Source: an uncultured Prevotella sp.
GTDB taxonomy: Bacteria > Bacteroidota > Bacteroidia > Bacteroidales > Bacteroidaceae
Direction: 5' to 3'
NCBI GenBank assembly: GCA_946183415.1
Contig: CAMHAM010000009.1
Location: 19,797 to 83,796 of the forward strand
Length of the DNA: 64,000 bases
Numbering within the stretch: the first letter of the stretch is position 1; every line of letters begins with the position of its first letter. The notes below the pieces were generated by a model, which saw only the letters and a program-made list of their open reading frames with translations, was not told the DNA's origin and did no database searches. A program made the translations under genes and the position numbers. This document shows positions 9,725-20,390 of the stretch, one piece after another.

Positions 9725-9850
9725 ACATACTCTATCCAAGGTATACCCAAGGTGTAGCCATACTCTAAGCTGCTTCTAAGCTGCTTCTAAGCTTACTCTT
9801 GACTATGCTTAGAGTATGGGAAGAAGCAGGGTAGAAGCAGCTTAGAAACT
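9725..9850. repeat. 11-bp-periodic palindromic intergenic repeat
   Basis: (TCTAAGCTGCT)-like units; perfect inverted repeats 9758-9770/9807-9819 (13 bp) and 9774-9789/9832-9847 (16 bp). Confidence 0.8.
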
Positions 9851-9979
9851 GGTTAATGAGATGGAAGATGTACGATGAAGACGTCTCCGAACTCTGCTCG
9901 CCTTAGCATCTGAAAGAGCGTAGAACACTCGCTTTTCTGATGAGGTTGTGTGGCTGACACTGGCGCAGTTGCAAAATTG

Positions 9980-10018
9980 AATAGAGGGTCACCCGATATT
10001 GGATGTCCCTCTATTTTT
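9980..10018 (+). terminator. Intrinsic terminator-like hairpin
   Basis: AATAGAGGG...CCCTCTATT followed by T run. Confidence 0.65.
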
Positions 10019-10189
10019 CAACCAGCTTATCGGATTTTAGAGAATGGAATGCCTCGATATTCGGAAGCTGCGAAAGAACTGGTAAAGAGTTCCATCAACG
10101 CCATGTTGGAACAACGCTTAATACCATGACTAGATGGAAGTATTACGCAGGACAGTGGAATGTTCTTGAGAATGTCCTGGAAAAGGGCA

Positions 10190-10684
10190 TTATTCCCTGA
10201 AGTCTATTTCGCCGGAGTAGGAGATGGGCTCGCGCTGGCGGGACTGGACGTCGATGGAAGAGTTTCCGTTATCGAAAACCTTGATGGTGTAGTGATAGGT
10301 GTCTTCTTCGTTCTTCAGTTCAATATCGATCACACGTTCTCCCTTAGGTTGCTGAGTCTCTTGATAGCTGCTGATGCGCTCGGAGAAATTAAGCCCCTTA
10401 CCGCCACCATAGGGTACATTGTAGGCGCGTCCGAAATAGGGCAGGTAGGAGATGAGGGTGTCGTTGCGTACTTCGACGGAGTAGCCGTAAGAGACGTTTT
10501 TGGAACTGCCCCTCATCGGATACATGCGATTGACACTAATCTTATATTGTCGTTGCGCCAGTGCAGCCTCGATCTTGGCGGCTTCTTCTGCTGCCCTCGC
10601 TGCACGCTCTTTGGTAATGGAACATCCGCTCAGCATCACCAGTGCAGAGCACGCGAAAAACAATGTTGTCAGGAATGTCTTCAT
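10190..10684 (-). CDS. DUF4251-family lipoprotein
   Basis: Signal with LSGC lipobox from MKTFLTT; LPYFGRAYNVPYGGGKGLNF motif typical of DUF4251. Confidence 0.8.
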   Translation of the reverse strand: MKTFLTTLFFACSALVMLSGCSITKERAARAAEEAAKIEAALAQRQYKISVNRMYPMRGSSKNVSYGYSVEVRNDTLISYLPYFGRAYNVPYGGGKGLNFSERISSYQETQQPKGERVIDIELKNEEDTYHYTIKVFDNGNSSIDVQSRQREPISYSGEIDFRE

Positions 10685-10685
10685 A

Positions 10686-11255
10686 TCACTGGAGTTTGGA
10701 GATGATTTCTTCGACGATCTTTGGGAAGTGGGCCATTTCGAGCTGGTGCTCTTTCTCAGCGATGTCGTCGACGGTATCATCGGGAGAGATGGCGACACGG
10801 AACTGGGCGATGATCTCGCCTGCATCGCAGACGGGGGTGACCCAGTGGACCGTCATGCCTGTCTCTGTCTCGCCAGCTGCCTTTACGGCTTCGTGGACGT
10901 GATGGCCCCACATGCCTTTGCCGCCATATTTGGGTAGGAGGGCTGGGTGGATGTTGACGATGCGATGGGGGTAGGCGTCGATGAGGAAGTTGGGCACCAG
11001 GGGCAGGAAGCCTGCCAGCACGATGAAGCCAATGTTGTACTTCCGCAGGAGCGGCAGCATGACATCGGGGTTGTTGAGATCAACCTTGGGGGTAACGGCT
11101 GTGGGCACGCCGAGACGCTCTGCGCGCACGAGGGCGTAGGAGTCGGGCTTATTACTGACAACGAGAGCGCAATGTACGCTCTCGGAGTCAGCAAAATACC
11201 TGATCAGGTTCTCGCAGTTCGTGCCGCTGCCTGATACGAAGATAGCTATATTCAC
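10686..11255 (-). CDS. purN: Phosphoribosylglycinamide formyltransferase
   Basis: IAIFVSGSGTN, VNIHPALLPKYGG, GMTVHWV. Confidence 0.95.
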   Translation of the reverse strand: MNIAIFVSGSGTNCENLIRYFADSESVHCALVVSNKPDSYALVRAERLGVPTAVTPKVDLNNPDVMLPLLRKYNIGFIVLAGFLPLVPNFLIDAYPHRIVNIHPALLPKYGGKGMWGHHVHEAVKAAGETETGMTVHWVTPVCDAGEIIAQFRVAISPDDTVDDIAEKEHQLEMAHFPKIVEEIISKLQ

Positions 11256-11292
11256 TTCTTTTACCTTTTTACTTTCTTACCTTCTTACCTTT
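11256..11292 (-). repeat. Intergenic octamer repeat (AAGGTAAR)x~4
   Basis: Minus strand aaggtaag aaggtaag aaagtaaa aaggtaaa fills the ddh-purN spacer. Confidence 0.7.
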
Positions 11293-12192
11293 TTAAACAA
11301 GGTGTTCAATTAAATCGGCACGCTCGCCTGGAAGCATGTCGATGACGGGAATCTCTACCATCGTGTAGCAGCCAGGCTGCAGACGCATGGAGGCGCGAGC
11401 CACGTTGACAAGTACCTGGCCTGTGAGGGCGGGATTGTTGATGCTCATATTGAACTCCAGGCGCTGGTTCTGGGTCTTACCGCTGACACCCTTGCGCACA
11501 AGGTTCACACCATGACCCATGTCGCGCACGTCGTCGACGCTCTCTACCTGGAATACGTGGGTCTCATCGCTGGCGAAATAGGGATCGGCCTTGATGGCAG
11601 CTGTCACCTCGTCGAGCTTGGCGCCCTCTTCGAGTTCTACGTACACCATGCGGCGATGGATGCCCTCACCGAGGGGGATGGTCATCGAAAGTGCATTCTT
11701 CACGCCAGCCTTTGAGCGCACGCAGACGCTGTGGCCCATCGACATACCGGGGCCAAAGTTGGTGTAGGAGAGCCCTTTGGGTGCGAGGCTCTGCATGAGG
11801 GTGCGCACGATGGAGTCGGAACCCGGATCCCAGCCTGCAGCGATGACGCTGACAGTATTGGTCTCCTTGTTGAGCTTCATGAGGCGCTCGCGGTAGCCTC
11901 GGATATTGGTATGGATGTCGAACGAGTCGACGGTGTTGATGCCGAGTGGGAGGATCTGGTTGGCATACTCTTCGCACGAGCGGGTGGGGGTGGCGAGGAT
12001 GGCCACGTCGACATCCTTCAGATCGCGGATGTCCTTCACTACCTCGTATTGAGCGAGTTCTGCGGGCTTGTTCTCTGCGCCATTGCGACGAACGATGCCT
12101 GCTACTTCGAAGTCGGGGGCTGTCTCAAGGGCCTCGAGTGCGTACTTTCCGATGTTGCCGTAACCTACGACGGCTGCTCTGATTTTCTTCAT
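11293..12192 (-). CDS. ddh: meso-Diaminopimelate D-dehydrogenase
   Basis: VGYGNIG, NTVDSFDIH, GWDPGSDS, TNFGPGMSMGHS. Confidence 0.92.
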   Translation of the reverse strand: MKKIRAAVVGYGNIGKYALEALETAPDFEVAGIVRRNGAENKPAELAQYEVVKDIRDLKDVDVAILATPTRSCEEYANQILPLGINTVDSFDIHTNIRGYRERLMKLNKETNTVSVIAAGWDPGSDSIVRTLMQSLAPKGLSYTNFGPGMSMGHSVCVRSKAGVKNALSMTIPLGEGIHRRMVYVELEEGAKLDEVTAAIKADPYFASDETHVFQVESVDDVRDMGHGVNLVRKGVSGKTQNQRLEFNMSINNPALTGQVLVNVARASMRLQPGCYTMVEIPVIDMLPGERADLIEHLV

Positions 12193-12392
12193 AATCCTTA
12201 TGTCTTTTGTTGGTTATTTCCTGAATTCGGTTGCAAAAGTACGCATTTTCTTGGATATATATAACAAAATGCCTGAAAAAATTATCTAAAAACTATCAAT
12301 TTGTGACATCGTGTAACTAAATGGGGGCGAAATACAATAAAATGTAAGATTCATACGTTTATTAGGTGTATATATACAAACAAAACGTCATT

Positions 12393-12995
12393 ATGATCGA
12401 ATACATTAAGGGTGAGCTGACCGAGCTGACCCCTGCCTTGGCAACCATTGAGGCGGCTGGAATCGGTTATGGACTGAACATTTCGCTTAACACGTTCAGT
12501 GCCATTCAGGGAAAGAAAGAGGTGAAACTCTATGTGTATGAAGCTATCAGGGAAGATGCGCATCTGCTGTATGGCTTCGTCAACAAGAAGGAGCGCGAGA
12601 CGTTCCTACTGCTCATCACCGTCAACGGGGTGGGTGCCAATACGGCGAGGATGATTCTCTCGTCGCTCAGTGTGAGTGAGCTCTGTAATGCCATATCTGC
12701 TGGTAACGCGCGACTGATACAGAACGTGAAGGGTATCGGCAAGATGACGGCGCAGCGCATCATCGTAGACCTGAGAGAGAAGATTGTATCGCTGGGTATT
12801 GCCGATGAGATTCCTACGGGTGGGCAGATGTCGGCTCCTGTGAACAATCAGGTGAAGGACGAGGCGGTATCGGCACTGACGATGCTGGGCTTTGCTCCTG
12901 CACCTTCGCAGAAAGTGGTGCTTGCCATTCTGCAGGAGCAGCCTGACGCTCCTGTGGAAATGGTGGTGAAATTGGCACTCAAACAAATAAAATAG
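12393..12995 (+). CDS. ruvA: Holliday junction branch migration protein RuvA
   Basis: [18 protein letters not shown], HhH motifs VNGVGANTA and [22 protein letters not shown]. Confidence 0.95.
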   Translation: MIEYIKGELTELTPALATIEAAGIGYGLNISLNTFSAIQGKKEVKLYVYEAIREDAHLLYGFVNKKERETFLLLITVNGVGANTARMILSSLSVSELCNAISAGNARLIQNVKGIGKMTAQRIIVDLREKIVSLGIADEIPTGGQMSAPVNNQVKDEAVSALTMLGFAPAPSQKVVLAILQEQPDAPVEMVVKLALKQIK

Positions 12996-12999
12996 TTCG

Positions 13000-15900
13000 T
13001 TGAGGCGGATTATTGGGATATTAATGGGCTTGCTGGTCGCGTGCGTGAGTGCGCAGGCGCAGGAGGCAGACTCACTGAAGGCGCGCTGGCGCATTCAGCC
13101 TACGGTACCTGTGATCGTGGAGGATCTCGACTCTTCGGCACTCGACTTGAGACGTCCCGACAATATCCGCCAGACTGTGGAATACGACGATTCGGCCAAT
13201 GTGTACTATGTCGGCTCGAAGATGAGCGGCTCTTATCTGAACGCCCCAGTGCTGATGACTCCTGAGGAATACCAGAAATGGAGTGAGAAGCAGATGCTGC
13301 GCAATTTCTTCAGGCAGAAGAATACCGAGAACGTGAAGAACGAGGGTAAGGAGAAGTTCTCGTTTGCCGACATGCACTTCGACCTGGGGCCTGCGGAGAA
13401 GATATTCGGTCCTGGCGGCGTGCGCATCAAGACACAGGGAACGGCAGAACTGAAGATGGGTGTCAATCTTAAGAGCATCGACAACCCCTCGCTGCCTATC
13501 CGTAACAGAAAGACCACAGCTTTCGACTTCGACGAGAAGATCAACCTGAACGTGAACGGAAAGGTAGGCGATAAGGTGAACATGAACCTGAACTACAACA
13601 CCGATGCCACCTTCGACTTCGATACGCAGAACCTGAAGCTGAAATACGACGGTAAGGAAGATGAAATCATCAAGCTCGTGGAAGCAGGAAACGTGACCTT
13701 CCCCTCGAACAACTCGCTGGTGAAGGGTGCATCGACCCTCTTCGGTATCCGCACGGATATGCAGTTTGGCAGACTGAAGCTGCAGACGATACTCTCGCAG
13801 AAGAAATCGTCGACGAAGAGTGTGACCTCGAAGGGAGGTACCCACACCACAGCCTTCGAGATGGATGTGGCCGACTATGAGGAGAACCGCCACTTCTTCC
13901 TGTCGCACTACTTCAGACAGCGTTACGACAAGGCCATGTCGACGCTGCCCAACCTGACGACGGGTATCGAGATCACCCGAGTGGAAATTTGGGTAACCAA
14001 CAAGACAGGGACCACATCGAACACCCGTGGCATCATCGCCCTGACAGACCTTGGCGAGAACACGAAGGTGAGCAACAGCCAGTGGCAACTCACGCACCAA
14101 TCAGTGCCTGGCAACGGCGCTAATACGGAGTATGCCACCCTCGTGAACAACTACGCTGCTGCGCGTGACATCGACCAGACGGCAACGGTGCTGGCAGGTA
14201 TCCCAAACTTTGAAAACGGCGTGGACTATGAGAAACTATCCAGTGCACGACTGCTGACACCGTCGGAATACACAGTGAACAAGGCGTTGGGCTATGTATC
14301 CTTGAAGACTGGTCTGCAGACAGACCAGGTGCTCGCTGTGGCCTATGAGTTTACGTCGGGGGGCATGACCTATCAGGTGGGTGAGTTTGCCAGCGACCTG
14401 ACAGAGACCTCGAAGGCACTCTTCGTGAAAGCCCTGAAGAACACCTCAAACAATCCCACACAAGGCAACTGGGACCTGATGATGAAGAACGTGTACTATC
14501 TCGCCTCGACGGTGGAGAAGACCAAGTTCCGTCTCGACATCAGGTTCCAGAGCGACACAGCCGGTGTGTATCTGACCTATATCCCCGATGCAAAAGTGAA
14601 GAACAAGACGCTGTTGAAGCTGTTGGGCTGCGACCGTCTGGACAATAACATGAAGCCCCATCCTAACGGCTACTTCGACTATGTGGAAGGTTATACCGTG
14701 AGCAACGGACGTGTGTACCTGCCAGCGGCAGAGCCCTTCGGCAGTTGGTTACGCGAGAAACTGTTGGCAGAAGGTATGGATGCTGCTGAGGCTGAGAAAT
14801 ACGTGTTCAGGGAACTCTACGGACAGACGAAGACTATCGCGAAGCAGACGGCAGAGAAAGACAAGTATATCCTCGTGGGAGAGTTTAAGGGCAATGCCGA
14901 GAACGTGATACCGCTGGGAGCCTACAACGTGCCTCCGGGATCGGTGGTGGTGACTGCCGGTGGCGTGACGCTGCAGGAGGGTTCGGACTACTCTGTGGAC
15001 TACTCTGCTGGCGAAGTGACCATCTTGAACCAGAGCATCCGCGATGCTGGTACCGATGTGAAGGTGTCGCTCGAATCGAACACGGAGTATGGCATGCAGC
15101 GTAAGACGATGATGGGCGTGAACTGGGAATACGAGTTCTCGAAAAATTTCCAGTTGGGCGGTACGCTGATGCACCTGCACGAGCAGGCACTGACCTCGAA
15201 AGTGACGATGGGAACAGAGCCTCTGAGTAACACCCTATGGGGACTGAACATGAACTGGAAGCAGGAGAGCCAGTGGCTGACGTCGATGCTCAACAAGATA
15301 CCATTCCTCCACGTGAAGGAACCCTCGCACATCACGTTTACAGGCGAGTTTGCCCAGCTCGTTGCAGGTACGGCAAGCGGTACTCAGGACAATGCCTCGT
15401 ATATCGATGACTTTGAGAACACGAAGAACTATATCGACGTGAGCAATCCGAAGCAGTGGACCATCTCGAGTGTGCCCACCACCTTCTCGGAATCGAGTGA
15501 CAAGACGGGTGTGACGAGTGGCTATAATCGTGCGCTGCTGGCTTGGTATAACGTCGACCCGATCTTCACCCGTAGAAGTTCCACATTGACGCCGAGCCAT
15601 ATCAAGAGCGACCTGGATCAGTTGTCGAACCACTACGTGCGCGAGGTGTATGTGAAGGAACTCTATCCCAACCGTCAGCAAAGTACCTACAACGGTGCCA
15701 CCTCGACACTGCCAGTGCTCAATCTGGCCTATTACCCACAGGAGCGAGGACCCTACAACCTGACGCTCGACCTGAATGCCGACGGTACGTTGCAGCAGCC
15801 TGAGACAAAGTGGGGCGGTATGATGCGTAGGCTCGATACCAACGACTTCGAGCAGGCCAACATCGAGTATATCGAGTTCTGGTTGCTCGATCCCTTCATC

Positions 15901-18900
15901 TACTCCCGTCAGGACGGCACGGCTTCAGACTATGCGGGCGACCTCTACTTCAACCTCGGAGAGGTATCGGAGGATGTGCTGCGCGACGGTAAGAAGTTCT
16001 ACGAGAGCGGTATGCCTGTAGACGGTTCCAACTCATACACCACCACCCAGTGGGGAAAGATTCCCGTGCAGGCTAATCAGACTTATGCCTTCGCCGTCAC
16101 TGAAGGTTCGCGGAACCTGCAGGATGTGGGATACAACGGACTGACTGATGCTGAGGAGCAGCAATATGGGGCTTATAAGGACTGGGTGGATGCCATGAAT
16201 GCAAAAGTGACTAATGACAGTATCCGTCAGGCATGGAACCGAGACCCTGCAGGCGATGACTATCACTACTTCCGAGGGTCGGATTTCGATGCAGAGCGTA
16301 AGAGCATCCTCGACCGTTACAAGCGTATCAACAACCCACAAGGGAACTCGCCTGACACTGCAAACCAGAATGAGTCGTATGATACCAGTTACCAGGCGGG
16401 GCCTGATCAGGAGGATATCAATCAGGACTTCACCCTCAACGAATTTGAGCGTTACTACCAGTATCGTGTCAGAATCTCGCCCGAGGTGCTTGATGCCTAT
16501 CGTAACGGCGTGCCACCAGCCGACTGCTTCATCACCGACATGCGCACCAGTAGCGTGAAGCTGCGCAATGGCGACACGACGAGTGTGAACTGGTATCAGT
16601 TCCGCATCCCCGTAACGGAGTACGAGCACAAGGAAGGCAGCATCAACGACTTTACCAGCATCCGTTTCATGCGTATGTTCATGACAGGATTCCAAAAGCC
16701 CATCGTACTGCGATTCGGAGCGCTGAACCTCGTACGTGGCGAGTGGCGTATCTACAGACAAAGTCTGAACACCTCAGCGGCTGAGAGTGGTGTGCTCGAG
16801 ATCAGTGCCGTGAACATCGAGGAGAGTAATGATAAGAAGCCCGTGAACTACGTGCTGCCACCAGGTATCAGTCGCGTGACAGACCCCTCGCAGCCACAAC
16901 TCGTGGAGAGCAATGAACAGTCGCTCGACATGGTGGTGAAGAACATGCAGCGAGGCGAGTCGAAAGCCGTATACCGAAACACGAACCTCGACCTTCGCCA
17001 GTATAAGCACATGCAGATGTTTGTACACGCCAACCATCTGGAGCCTGATGCCACCAATCTGAAGGATAACCAGTTGGCTGTGTTCATCCGTATGGGTAGT
17101 GACTATAAGAACAACTACTACGAATACCTGATACCACTGGAGCTGACGCCAGACCGTAGCGACTACAGTAAATACTCGACAGCAGACAGGCAGATGGTGT
17201 GGCCTGCAGCGAACATGCTCGATGTAGACCTCGATGTGTTCACCCGTCTGAAGAAAGCCCGTAATGTGGCGAGATCGACAGGTGCAGCCTCCTTCAACCA
17301 ACTCTATAGCGAGTATGATCCTGATCGTCCTCAGAACAAGGTGAGTGTGTTGGGTAATCCGTCGCTGGGCGAGGTGAAGGTGATGATGATTGGTGTGCGC
17401 AATATCTCAGGTGAGGTGAAGTCGGGTGAGGTGTGGGTAAACGAGCTACGACTACTCGATACCAATAACGACGGTGGCTGGGCCGCCTCGGGTACGATGA
17501 ATGTGCAGCTCTCTGACTTCGGTACCGTGAACCTGCAGGGCCGTTACATCAGTGATGGTTTTGGTGGACTAGAGGAGAACGTCATGCAGCGCAGCACCGA
17601 TACCCAGAAGGAATACGCCATCACCACCTCGTTTGAGCTTGGCAAGTTCTTCCCCGATAAGGCAAAGGTGTCTGCTCCCATCTACTACTCCGTGACGAAG
17701 GAAGAAGTGCGCCCCCGTTATAATCCGCTCGACTCGGACATGCGCCTGAAGGATGTCCTCGATGCTGCTGTCAGCAAGCACGAACGCGACAGTATAGAGA
17801 GCATTGCCGTGACGAAGACCACGAACACGAACTTCTCAATCTCGAACCTGCGCTGGGGACTGAAAACCAAGCGCCACCCCATGCCTTACGACCCTGCGAA
17901 CTTCTCGTTCTCTTATAGTCACTCACACCGTAGAACCTCGGGTAAGACCACCGTCTACGAGAAAGACGACCAGTGGAGAGGCGCACTGAACTACAGCTAT
18001 TCGCCCGTCTACAAGACATGGGAGCCTTTCAAGAAACTCAAGGGTAAGTCGAAGTGGCTGAACTTCCCCAAGGCCATCGGCATCAACTACCTGCCGCAGA
18101 GCATCTCCTTTAATACGGAGATGACCCGAACCTACAACGAGTTGCAGGAGCGTGACCTCGAGAGTCTGGAGAACCAGAACCTCGAACTCGTGTTCAATGA
18201 GCAGTTCCTGTGGAACCGTGACTTCGCCCTGCGCTGGGATTTCACCCGTAACCTGCATTTCAACTTCCAGTCTGGTACTCGTGCACAGATTGAAGAACCC
18301 TATACCCCTGTGAACAAGGACCTCTATCCTGATCGTTACTCTGCCTGGAAGGATTCAGTGATGTACAGCATCCGTCACTTGGGTACACCACTTGACTATA
18401 ATCAGCAGGTAACGGCCAGCTACCAGCTGCCACTGAACAAAATACCTATTCTCGACTGGATGAATGGCGATGCCTCATATAATGCGCGCTACTCGTGGAC
18501 ACGAGGAACGGAGCTCGACGACGGCACCAGTCTTGGAAACACCGTCACAAGTAACCGTAACCTAAACATCAATGGTGCACTGAACCTCGAGATGCTCTAT
18601 AACCACTTCCCCTTCCTGAAGAAAGCCAATGAACGATTCAAGAAGAGCAGATCCAGCAATTCGAGGAGATCAGCCGCTTCCAAGAAATCCAACAAGTCTA
18701 AGTCGCCTGATTCCAAGACATCGGGCAATCCTGAAGAACGGGTGCTGCCTAAGAACAAGAACAGTTACCAGCGCGAGATAACGCTGAAGCCTGATACCAC
18801 CGTCACAGTGGCCCATAACAAAGGTTCGAAGCGACTGATTGTCACTGCACGTACGAAAGACGGGCAGCCTTACCCCATCAAGTACAAGGTGGTCGATCCA

Positions 18901-20358
18901 AATAAGATCATCATCAAGAACCTCGACACCGTGCAGGTGAAACTCAGTATCGTGGCGAAGCCTTCGGCAGAGAACCAGTGGTGGTATAAACCCACACAGA
19001 CGATTGCTCGTCTGCTGATGTCGGTACGCTCTATCAATATCAGTTTCCGTCAGCAGTATTCGATGCTGTTGCCAGGGTTCATGCCTAATATCGGCGATGT
19101 GTTCGGACAAACACGTGGCACAGGAGTGATGTCGCCAGGACTTGATTTCGCCTTCGGTATGATTGACGACAGCTATATCGACAAGGCGATAGACAACAAC
19201 TGGCTCTTGAAGAACGACAGCGTGACGACGCCTGCCTCTATCAGCACCAGCAGGGATGTGCAGATACGTGCCGTCGTAGAGCCAATACGAGACCTGAAGA
19301 TCGACCTGAATGCAGCCCACACTGATAATCATGCACGTACGGTCCAGTATATGTTCGAAGGAAGACCAACGACGCACAGTGGCTCGTTTAATATGACCAC
19401 CATCTCGCTGAAGGGTGCACTCGCAGGCATAGGTAATGCCAACAATGGCTATCGTTCATCGACTTTCGAACATTTCTGCTCGTTGCTGTCTGAGTTCCGT
19501 GATCGGGTACAGGCGCAGGGCGCCAGTGTCAATGGTGCTGTCGCTCCTGTTGATCCCTATGCTGCAGAAGTGATGGTGCCAGCCTTCCTCTCTGCCTATA
19601 CATCAGGGGCAGGCCATTCGCTTGATATCTTCCCTTCGCTACTGAGGATGCTACCCAACTGGACCGTCCGTTATGGAGGCCTCTCAAATCTGCCTTGGGT
19701 CAGAGACCATCTCAAGAGCCTGAATCTCAATCATGGCTATAAGAGCGTCTACAGCGTGGGCGGCTACACCCTGCCCAGCATCCCTGCCGTCAGCATCAAT
19801 GAGGCCTTCTCGCCCTTGTTGGGTGTCGATGCCACCTTCGAGAATAACCTCACCGCAAAGATGGAATATCGTACCACCCGTGTCATCAATCTCTCGATGA
19901 CCAGTGTCCAGATTAACGAAGCCCTCAGTCGTGACTGGGTGGTGGGACTTGCCTATAAGTTACAGGACTTCCGGCTCTTTAATTCCAGCAGCAGCCGTAA
20001 GATCAAGGCAGCACAGAGTCGTTCGAAAACGGGTAAGGCCAACAATTCCAAGAATGCAGATAATACCAGGACTGCCAGCAGATCCTCAGGTGTGAATCAC
20101 GACCTGAATCTGCGCCTTGATATCTCTTTCCGTAAGCAGGCAGCCATCACGCGTGACATTGCTACGGGAACCTCTTCTGCTTCGAGTGGAAATACGGCCT
20201 TCAAACTCTCCTTCATGGCTGATTACACCCTGTCGCGACTGCTCACCCTCACGGCCTATTACGACATGCAGACGAATACGCCACTCCTTGCGAGCAGCAG
20301 CTATCCGACGACGACCCACGACTTCGGACTATCGCTGAAGTTCTCATTGACGAGATAA
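13000..20358 (+). CDS. sprA: Type IX secretion system translocon SprA (Sov)
   Basis: 2452 aa with signal peptide, EKIFGPGGV, FEQANIEYIEFW, GEVWVNELR; ruvA-sprA order is typical of Bacteroidota. Confidence 0.92.
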   Translation: MRRIIGILMGLLVACVSAQAQEADSLKARWRIQPTVPVIVEDLDSSALDLRRPDNIRQTVEYDDSANVYYVGSKMSGSYLNAPVLMTPEEYQKWSEKQMLRNFFRQKNTENVKNEGKEKFSFADMHFDLGPAEKIFGPGGVRIKTQGTAELKMGVNLKSIDNPSLPIRNRKTTAFDFDEKINLNVNGKVGDKVNMNLNYNTDATFDFDTQNLKLKYDGKEDEIIKLVEAGNVTFPSNNSLVKGASTLFGIRTDMQFGRLKLQTILSQKKSSTKSVTSKGGTHTTAFEMDVADYEENRHFFLSHYFRQRYDKAMSTLPNLTTGIEITRVEIWVTNKTGTTSNTRGIIALTDLGENTKVSNSQWQLTHQSVPGNGANTEYATLVNNYAAARDIDQTATVLAGIPNFENGVDYEKLSSARLLTPSEYTVNKALGYVSLKTGLQTDQVLAVAYEFTSGGMTYQVGEFASDLTETSKALFVKALKNTSNNPTQGNWDLMMKNVYYLASTVEKTKFRLDIRFQSDTAGVYLTYIPDAKVKNKTLLKLLGCDRLDNNMKPHPNGYFDYVEGYTVSNGRVYLPAAEPFGSWLREKLLAEGMDAAEAEKYVFRELYGQTKTIAKQTAEKDKYILVGEFKGNAENVIPLGAYNVPPGSVVVTAGGVTLQEGSDYSVDYSAGEVTILNQSIRDAGTDVKVSLESNTEYGMQRKTMMGVNWEYEFSKNFQLGGTLMHLHEQALTSKVTMGTEPLSNTLWGLNMNWKQESQWLTSMLNKIPFLHVKEPSHITFTGEFAQLVAGTASGTQDNASYIDDFENTKNYIDVSNPKQWTISSVPTTFSESSDKTGVTSGYNRALLAWYNVDPIFTRRSSTLTPSHIKSDLDQLSNHYVREVYVKELYPNRQQSTYNGATSTLPVLNLAYYPQERGPYNLTLDLNADGTLQQPETKWGGMMRRLDTNDFEQANIEYIEFWLLDPFIYSRQDGTASDYAGDLYFNLGEVSEDVLRDGKKFYESGMPVDGSNSYTTTQWGKIPVQANQTYAFAVTEGSRNLQDVGYNGLTDAEEQQYGAYKDWVDAMNAKVTNDSIRQAWNRDPAGDDYHYFRGSDFDAERKSILDRYKRINNPQGNSPDTANQNESYDTSYQAGPDQEDINQDFTLNEFERYYQYRVRISPEVLDAYRNGVPPADCFITDMRTSSVKLRNGDTTSVNWYQFRIPVTEYEHKEGSINDFTSIRFMRMFMTGFQKPIVLRFGALNLVRGEWRIYRQSLNTSAAESGVLEISAVNIEESNDKKPVNYVLPPGISRVTDPSQPQLVESNEQSLDMVVKNMQRGESKAVYRNTNLDLRQYKHMQMFVHANHLEPDATNLKDNQLAVFIRMGSDYKNNYYEYLIPLELTPDRSDYSKYSTADRQMVWPAANMLDVDLDVFTRLKKARNVARSTGAASFNQLYSEYDPDRPQNKVSVLGNPSLGEVKVMMIGVRNISGEVKSGEVWVNELRLLDTNNDGGWAASGTMNVQLSDFGTVNLQGRYISDGFGGLEENVMQRSTDTQKEYAITTSFELGKFFPDKAKVSAPIYYSVTKEEVRPRYNPLDSDMRLKDVLDAAVSKHERDSIESIAVTKTTNTNFSISNLRWGLKTKRHPMPYDPANFSFSYSHSHRRTSGKTTVYEKDDQWRGALNYSYSPVYKTWEPFKKLKGKSKWLNFPKAIGINYLPQSISFNTEMTRTYNELQERDLESLENQNLELVFNEQFLWNRDFALRWDFTRNLHFNFQSGTRAQIEEPYTPVNKDLYPDRYSAWKDSVMYSIRHLGTPLDYNQQVTASYQLPLNKIPILDWMNGDASYNARYSWTRGTELDDGTSLGNTVTSNRNLNINGALNLEMLYNHFPFLKKANERFKKSRSSNSRRSAASKKSNKSKSPDSKTSGNPEERVLPKNKNSYQREITLKPDTTVTVAHNKGSKRLIVTARTKDGQPYPIKYKVVDPNKIIIKNLDTVQVKLSIVAKPSAENQWWYKPTQTIARLLMSVRSINISFRQQYSMLLPGFMPNIGDVFGQTRGTGVMSPGLDFAFGMIDDSYIDKAIDNNWLLKNDSVTTPASISTSRDVQIRAVVEPIRDLKIDLNAAHTDNHARTVQYMFEGRPTTHSGSFNMTTISLKGALAGIGNANNGYRSSTFEHFCSLLSEFRDRVQAQGASVNGAVAPVDPYAAEVMVPAFLSAYTSGAGHSLDIFPSLLRMLPNWTVRYGGLSNLPWVRDHLKSLNLNHGYKSVYSVGGYTLPSIPAVSINEAFSPLLGVDATFENNLTAKMEYRTTRVINLSMTSVQINEALSRDWVVGLAYKLQDFRLFNSSSSRKIKAAQSRSKTGKANNSKNADNTRTASRSSGVNHDLNLRLDISFRKQAAITRDIATGTSSASSGNTAFKLSFMADYTLSRLLTLTAYYDMQTNTPLLASSSYPTTTHDFGLSLKFSLTR

Positions 20359-20360
20359 AA

Positions 20361-20389
20361 AAGATTGCCGCTGTTTAGGCGGCAATCTT
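20361..20389. terminator. Bidirectional terminator between sprA and nadB
   Basis: AAGATTGCCGC-tgtttag-GCGGCAATCTT perfect 11-bp stem between convergent genes. Confidence 0.8.
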
Positions 20390-20390
20390 G

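Noticed and set aside
9725-9850. CRISPR array
   Set aside because: Units are 11 bp and contiguous, with no unique spacers and no cas genes
9907-9950. GAAA...CTGATGAG resembling a hammerhead ribozyme core
   Set aside because: Only 21 nt forming a single hairpin separate GAAA and CTGATGA, so stems I and III cannot both form, and stem II pairing is weak
10003-10200. 65-aa plus-strand ORF between the terminator and the DUF4251 gene
   Set aside because: Starts inside the terminator stem, has no promoter or motif, and is at most a decayed fragment
18640-18740. Ser/Lys-rich low-complexity stretches in SprA as possible inserted elements
   Set aside because: No nucleotide periodicity or symmetry; variable polar loops are normal in SprA
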